NCBI RefSeq assembly: GCF_009914755.1
Contig: NC_060928.1
DNA from: the human T2T-CHM13v2.0 reference genome, Homo sapiens
DNA length: 64,000 nucleotides
Strand: one strand, 5' to 3'
Position numbers and translations under genes: made by a program. This document shows, piece after piece, positions 56,684-64,000 of the stretch. The first letter of the stretch is position 1. Each line of letters begins with the position of its first letter. Under the pieces are notes generated by a model that saw only the letters and a program-made list of their open reading frames with translations, was not told the origin of the DNA and ran no database searches.

Positions 56684-57111
56684 TATGTTAGTTGGATAAC
56701 ACTTCCATAACAAAGTGCCAAAGAGTGAGTGGCTTGGGCAACAAAAATTTATTGTCTCAAAATTTTGGAGGCTAAAAGCGGAAAGTCAAAGTGTGCCTAT
56801 GGTTGGTTCCTTCTGAGGCCTGTTAGGGCAGGAACTGTTGAATGAATGCCCTTTGGCTTTTAGATGGCAGTCTTCACCCCATGTCTATTAACATTGTCTT
56901 TCCCTTATGCATCTCTGTATCAGTGTTCAAATTTCCCCCTCCCCTTTTTCAAAGACATCAGACATATTAGACTAGAGCTCACGTTAATGTCTTCATTTTA
57001 GCTCAATCACTTTTTAAAGACCCATATTTCCAAATAAGGTCATATTCTATGGTGATGGGTATTAAGACTCCAGCATATCTTTCTGAGGAGCACATAATTC
57101 AACGCATAATA
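56684..57111 (-). mobile_element. MLT1B/C-like solo LTR
   Basis: ccataacaaagtgcca...ggttggttccttctgagg...tttccaaataaggtcatattct; TSD atggc/atagc. Confidence 0.82.
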
Positions 57112-57604
57112 ATAGCCTACTAAAAAAATAGTTTGGGGTATTGACCAACAAGTTTATGAAAATAATTATAATTTACCTGTTTTCTAAAAATTATTAAAAT
57201 AAATGGTTATTGCATATCCACCATCAATGCACTTTACTAAAGGGCCAGATATTTTTGTCCAAATTATTTTACAATTCTGAATTCTAATTGACATGTAATA
57301 ATCATAAAGTTTAAAAAGTATTGAGACACTTTCTACTCAACTGAAACACACACTATCTTGGCTGAATGACAGCTTTGGCAGCTTTGGAGCTTTGGTGATA
57401 GTGGATGTAGTAATTGATAGAAGGGTAAGAGATGTTTCACAGTGACTTGATTTTTCTGGTTTTATTCTTTTTCTATGCAGTTTAGCTAGATCCATATAGA
57501 AGCAGAAAGATAGAGATAATTCTGAGATTACATATAAACAAGATGCAGTTGGTCTATGAGGCTTAAGATAAAACAGGCTTATATTTGATTCATTTATTTG
57601 TCTG

Positions 57605-57910
57605 TTTAATTAATAAAGTTTATTTTTTAGAGTAGTTTTGCATTCACAGTCAAGTTGAGCAAGAAGTACAGAGTTTCCACACGTACTCTGCCCCACCACA
57701 CACACAGCTTTCTCAATTATAAATGCACATTGGTATCCCAAACCACAGTGGTACATTTATTACCATTAATAAACCCACATTGACACATCATTATCATGCA
57801 AATGTATTCATTTACATTAGGCTTCACTTTTGGTATTGTATATTCTATAGGTTTTCACAAATGTAAAATTTCATGTAACCACTGTAGTATCATACAGAAT
57901 AATTTCAGTA
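57605..57910 (-). mobile_element. L1MC1/2-like 3' end
   Basis: ttttttagagtagttttgcattcacag...aagtacagagtttcc...gtggtacattt. Confidence 0.7.
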
Positions 57911-58610
57911 GCTGGTATAATTCCTTCCATCTATGATAGATTTTTGTTTTTCTCTGGTGATATTTCCATTAAATGAGGTTTCTAGGCTAAATGTCTGTAA
58001 ATGGATGTTGAAGGTGTTCAAGAGGCTTTTACTGTTTTAAATTTCAACTTTAACCTATAGATTACAAAGTTGAGTATACTGCATAAATCCTCTATCCTCT
58101 GCAATATCTATCCATATCTTTTTGGAGAAGTTAGATTCAAGAATTGTAGTACTGGCTCCTAATCTCGTGAGTCTCTCTGTGACAAGCTCATAAACAGAAA
58201 ATCAAATGGATTAGTAGTCATAAGGGTTAAAAGCACCAACTTAGTCTCTGAATTCAAATATAAGCTTCTTCTTTAGGTAATAAGCCTGCCATCACTAGAA
58301 CCTATTTTAATCTCTGGGATGGAGGCAATTGAATGGTATGCACGTGCAAAATCTCAAAAGGCTTTTGAAGCTCAGTTTCCTGTCTCTGCTCCACCTTTAA
58401 AGGATTCTTTGATTATTATGTTTTTGATCCTTAGGGAATGTACTAAAAACAATCTCAAATATTCACTTGATGTTCCCATACCTCGAATATTTACTTGGTG
58501 TAAGTAATCTTTGCTTTGATGGCATGTAATATTTTTGCCAGATTCTTGTCCAGATGACTTAGTGTCTTCAGAGATAATCAGATTTTGGTGGTTCTGGTGT
58601 CTTAAGAGAC

Positions 58611-58729
58611 TGTATTAGTCAGGGTTCTCTAGAGGGACAGAACCAATGGGATATATATATACACACACACACACATATATATACACACACATATACACAC
58701 ACATACACATATGTATACATATATACACA

Positions 58730-58762
<33 letters not shown>

Positions 58763-59161
58763 GTTTGGGAGTTTATTAAGTTTAAGTATTAAACTCACAT
58801 GATCCCAAGGTTCCACAATTGGCTATCTGCAAGCTGAGTAGGAAGGAAGCCAGTCCAAGTCCCAAAACTGAAGTCCTTGAAGTTCAATATTCAAGGGCAG
58901 GAAGCACCCAGCACAGGAGATAGATGTAGACTGAGAGGCTAAGCCAGTCTAACCTTTCCACATTTTTTCTGACTTCTTTATATTCTAGCCACAATTGCAG
59001 CTGATTAGATGGTGCCCACCCAGATTAAAGGTGGGTCTGCCTTTCCTGGCCCACTGACTCAAATGTTAATCTCCTTTGGCAACATCCTCACAGACACACC
59101 CAGGATTAATACTTTGCATTCTTCAATCCAATCAAGTTGACACTCAGTATTAACCATCAAA
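58611..59161 (-). mobile_element. MLT2A1-like (HERVL) solo LTR with an internal TA/CA microsatellite
   Basis: tgtattagtcagggttctctagagggacagaac...caatccaatcaagttgacactcagtattaaccatca; TSD gagac/gagat. Confidence 0.92.
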
Positions 59162-59787
59162 GAGATGATCATATTTTTCAGAACATTCTGAATTTTGCCA
59201 GTGAACTTATTCCATCTCTGAAGATTGTTACTTGAAGCTAATTAAAACATGGACAAAATCAATGGGCAAATGAGTTTGAATTTTTTAATGGGGCATTGAA
59301 GGATTTGGTTCACTGCAGCTTATTTAGCATAGCAGTCAGCTAGACAGCTAAAACTGTTTCTGATGGTTTTAAAGACTTGTTGCTTTCTATGTAAACTTAT
59401 TTTAATCGCAACTCTTCCATTAGAAATGGTAATGGTATGATGTAATTTCTATTAAATTCCATTTCTGGGGGGATACGGGCTTTCATTAGTAGTTAAAAAC
59501 CTTCTCTGCTTCTATAACTCAAAAATCATGTGCCATAATGAACACATACTCACGCTCACTATAGACGTTGACCATATGATTCTTTGAAGATTTGACATGT
59601 TCCAGTAAGAGCTATTAGTAGGACCATTTGTGTTAATATCTACAAGACCATTTAATTTTTAAATCTATTGGAATTAAGTAATAATATATCCAGCTTGATA
59701 TTTTTCCTGCTCCGTTTGAGGTAGAAATCATCTATAAAGAGAATCAAAATGGGAAAGGCAAATGTTGCTTTGAAAATACCAATTTGT

Positions 59788-60094
59788 GGCTGGGCGCGGT
59801 GGCTCATGCCTGTAATCCCGGCACTTTGGAAGGCCGAGAAGAGTGGATCACCTGAAGTCAGGGATTCAAGACCAGCCTGGCCAACATGGTGAAAACCGAT
59901 CTCTCCTAAAAATACAAAAATTTGCCAGGTGTGGTGGTGCACACCTGTAATCCCAGCTACTTGGGAGGCTGAGGCAAGAGAATCACCTGAACCCAGGAGG
60001 CAGAGGTTGCTGTGAGCCATGATCGCGCCATTGCACTCTAGCCTGCATGACAGGGTGAGACTCCGTCTCAAAATAAATAAATAAATAAATAAAT
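59788..60094 (+). mobile_element. AluSx-like element with (AAAT)n tail
   Basis: 15-bp TSD aaaata(c/t)caatttgt at 59773-59787 and 60095-60109. Confidence 0.95.
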
Positions 60095-63000
60095 AAAATA
60101 TCAATTTGTGATAAATGACTTCACAAACAGCCAACTGACAGTTACCTGATATTATTTCATGAGGAATTTGCATTAGTGTGGGAGAAATCAAGCTGTTGCA
60201 TCAGGGTAGAGTTGAATGAAAAGGTCAGTGACTTCCATATCATATGAGGATAATAAATGGGCAGAACAAATTATATATACTATCACTTATATAAGTAAGG
60301 TTTGAAGAGCATAATGCAGTAACAAATTTATTTTCCAGAATAATATTGGCCAGTTTCTAGTAACTGTATGGAAATGTCTAGAGAGTAGATACCCCCTAAC
60401 TATAGCACCCCAAATTACTCTGTAGTATGCTAGCATCTATTATATTGTTTTGTTTTTGAGTGGGTAATGCTGAAGCATTTTTAAATCTTTTATGTATAAG
60501 GGAAAGGATGTATGATCACCAGAAAGCCCTAGAGCGATGAATAATAAGAGAAAACTTAGTGATGCCAAAGAAATGTACATTATGAGTAGAGTTCTGGCTT
60601 TCCAGAGCCTCAGCTTTGAAAAGGCTAGTTCAGAAAAATGATTACCAATTGATGACTATATCTCACAATTTAAAAAATTTCCTAAATTCTTTCTCAGTGG
60701 CGGATTGGAAAAAGTTCTCAGTGACCCATCAACAGTCAGTTCAGAGCTACCTGCTTTGCAGATGTCACGCAGCAGATGATATATGGGCAATTAGCAAATT
60801 TTCAATTTATCTTTTGAGATACAGTGACTCTTCAGTAAGTTTCTTAAGAAGATAAGGAGATTATTCTACTACAACTTCCTTAGAAGATGAACAAAGTACT
60901 TAATCACCCACATTTTGAAGAAGAATAGTATGTCCCTCAAATGAAAGATAGTCTATACAGACACTGAGAGAAGCATAAAGGTCCATCCCTGTGACATGAC
61001 TGTCCAAGTATGTTGCTGATTTTCTCAACTGAAGGCAAACTGAAAGTAAATATGGACTTAAAAAATGTACAGCTATAGTAAATAAAGATGAAAAAGGTTC
61101 TATCACTGTACAATAAATAGCATCTGAAAGAATACAGGCAAAAATAATCTTTAGACTAGAAACAACCAGAAAATTACGTATAATAATCATGTCCAGTATC
61201 CTGAACAAAATCACAGCCTTGCCATGAGATTTCTTAACTACAAGTACAGGACCTATAAATGTTCAGATCAAACTTCTCTGCACTGAGTTCTTTCTCTTAT
61301 TGTTTTAGAGCAAATTTAAGGAGTTTAAATAGAGATTTTCTAGGGTCAATTTAAACTTAGATGTTAGCACAGGGAATGGAGAAAAATGGCCTTATTTTGT
61401 ACTCCACAGGATAAAGAATTATTCTAATACCTCTGCCAAATTCATTGAAGCAATCTAAGGCCTAAGTAATTAAATCTAAGAAGCATTTTGTAGTAAATTA
61501 GCCTTAGATCCTTAAGAAAGGAAAATGCAAGAAACTTCTAGCATGTTCTAACTTCACTGAGGAACCTGATCTAGGCATGATGGTAATCTAATGCTCAATC
61601 CAAGTCACAGCCCCATATTCTGGAAAGGAGCATTTAGTAAGAGACTGCAACGTGTGTTCAAACTTTTCTTTACAACATACTCAGCTAAGGAGGTAGCTTC
61701 AGGAATGAACTACTCTGCTGCCTGCAGGGGTGAAGGGCTTATATCAGGTCATAGGGTACTTGAGGTTTATCAGAGATCAGAGCCTAAGTGTAGTTTCACA
61801 TGTTCCAGGTCAGAGAGTATATGCAGTTTCATATATACAGATGAAGGAGAATTCTCACAATGAATAAGAGCAGAACGCAGTATCTGGGTCTAAAGGTCAG
61901 TCACACTCAGGTTTAATTGATTTAAGGTGTACGGGGAATTCTCCAGGGAATTGAACAGCAGACATCAAAATTAAAAACCTTCATTGAAAAAATAATTTAT
62001 TATTATCCCAAAACTCATTCATGATGAACACCTAAAAATATAATGCCTATAACTTTATTTTTTAATTACTTAAAAAATATAATATCTCTATTTAGATTAT
62101 ACATTTAAAGATTCAATGAATTTCTTTATGTATGATAAGCCTATACTGAAAAGAATTGAGGCATAAAGTTTTGTCTTTCAAATGTAATAAATTACCTTAC
62201 ACCCAATGAATCAATGTGGCTATTGCTTTAAGCAGTTTTCTAGCAATAGTGAAAATAATCTACCACCTGTTATGTAACATGTTAGATTATTTTTTAATTT
62301 AATGCATTTAAATTTAAAATTTGATGCATAAATTTATTATAATAGTGATACTATCCCTATTATAAATGGTGTGCTATAACTGCAAACAGTTCTAGACCTA
62401 TGCATTATTATTTGTCCCTGAGTTTCTATACCAATCTTATTTTAACTTTAAAACATATTTAGTATCCTAAATCATTGTAATTTACCTTTATATTTTACAT
62501 TTCTTATGTGCTAAATACCAAATTTACTTCATGACCAAATCTCTCTTCACAGTGCCATTTGAAACTGTTGGATAATTAAATGGTACTTGCCTCTTGGTAT
62601 ACAAAGTTAACAATTTAAAAACTAAGTCTCATAAAATTAAAAAATTAAAACATTTTGTAATTTGAAAGTTTCCCTAGTCACACTCTATGTATTAGAGATA
62701 AAGAAAAAAATCTTCCATTGCCTTCCAAAACCTAATCTATGTATTTATATTATTGGTGGTTTTATAATTAATTTAAACTAAATTTGGATTGTCAATGAAC
62801 ACTATTTTGTATTTTACCTTATGGTTTGCTTTATTATCCACAAAAATTGTTTACAATACTTGAATGAATATTTGTGTTCACAAACAGACTATTCTGAACA
62901 ACAAAGAAATGGTATTGCAGAAAGAAAAAAAGCATGAATGTGCAAACACAAAAAGATTAGAAAAGGAAAGATATCAGAAAGAAAGATCTCTGAATGGTGT

Positions 63001-63346
63001 ATAGAGGCACAAAATAGTGACAAGAATAAGCTGAAAGCTTACAATCTGCAGATCTAAAAGCCAAGAAGCAAGTCAGTCTGTGCCAGAGAGCTGAGGATTA
63101 AAAATACTAGGTCTTCCTGAACACGAGAGTTTGGGCATGGATTTGTTAAAAGTCTTTACAAAAGAAGAGTTTAAATCTAGATCCATTATGACAACTGGAG
63201 TTGACATCCTTTCCTTCTCCTGGAAGAAGATAGTAAATATATTGTCTGCAAGTGTGCATAAGAGACCTCTTAGATTCAGGCAATATCTGCCTAGCTGATG
63301 GTTAGGGTCCCATATTGAAAACTGAAGAATTAACTAAATGTTAATT

Positions 63347-63400
63347 TGAGTCCTCCAACTACATTTAACAATGAGTCCTCCGACTACATTTAACACTGAG
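63347..63400. repeat. 25-bp tandem duplication
   Basis: tgagtcctcc(a/g)actacatttaaca(a/c) x2 plus tgag. Confidence 0.9.
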
Positions 63401-64000
63401 AATGCTGCCTGGAATGTTGATGGCTGCTGCTTCCTCATGTTCCTCAGGTTGGAGATTGAAAGCTTCTTTTCTGAAGTAACTAACCAGCTCAAAATAAAGA
63501 CCTATAAATACTAACAGTAAGAATTTCTCCAATGAAATGACTAGACCTTGTCAAAAAACAGTAAAGTCTAACATACAACCAAGTGCCTCTCAGAGCCTAG
63601 AATTTATAATCAGCTTTTCAGTGCTTTACTCTTAAGTATGATTAGGCAACCAAGGATTGCCAGGTATTTGAAGAAAGAGTCTATAATGATGATTTATTAA
63701 AGAAGATTATTATCTCATATAAGGCGGGGATGGGGATGTTTAAAGAGAGTGGATGAGACATTAAATAATTCTTTATTTAACATAAGAGTGAATTTACCTG
63801 ATAAATTTGCTAATATCCCAAGCTTTGTTAATAGTTATTTTAGTGTTTACTAGCTGAATTTACTAATATTCCTAGCATTGTTAACAATTACTTTCAATTG
63901 CTGATGAAGAATTTGTAGTGCTATCCAAATTGAATGATTTATTCTCTAGAAAAACCCACCTACTGAGCAGTAAGTTGGAATAGTTTATTTATGATTGTCA

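Noticed and set aside
59652-60191. 179-aa minus-strand ORF
   Set aside because: Antisense Alu read-through (RSLTLSCRLECNG...); FIYLFIYL comes from the (AAAT)n tail

Overview
AT-rich, CpG-depleted primate genomic DNA, most likely human or great ape, judging by a consensus-identical AluY, an L1PA2-type LINE and THE1/MST/MLT2A/MER41 LTRs. I find no credible host protein-coding exon, RNA gene, CRISPR array or CpG island. The ORFs with recognisable content are L1 ORF2 fragments, ERVL pol fossils and Alu/LTR read-throughs; the rest look like chance ORFs in AT-rich DNA. About half of the window is interspersed repeats. These include an ancient ERVL gag-pro-RT-dUTPase fossil (2.2-4.7 kb), a twin-primed L1PA2-like insertion (6.5-7.5 kb), a ~6 kb antisense old L1PA with two Alus (17-23 kb), a nested L1M/MaLR stack with a complete MSTA-like provirus (35.9-45.9 kb), and several solo LTRs, Alus and DNA transposons. 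I see no evidence for a new multi-gene biological system. The interesting signals are very young insertions, repair or template-switch scars, a MIR inside a Tigger-type element, an orphan L1 promoter and candidate regulatory motif clusters. Subfamily names come from recalled consensus sequences and need RepeatMasker/Dfam confirmation.
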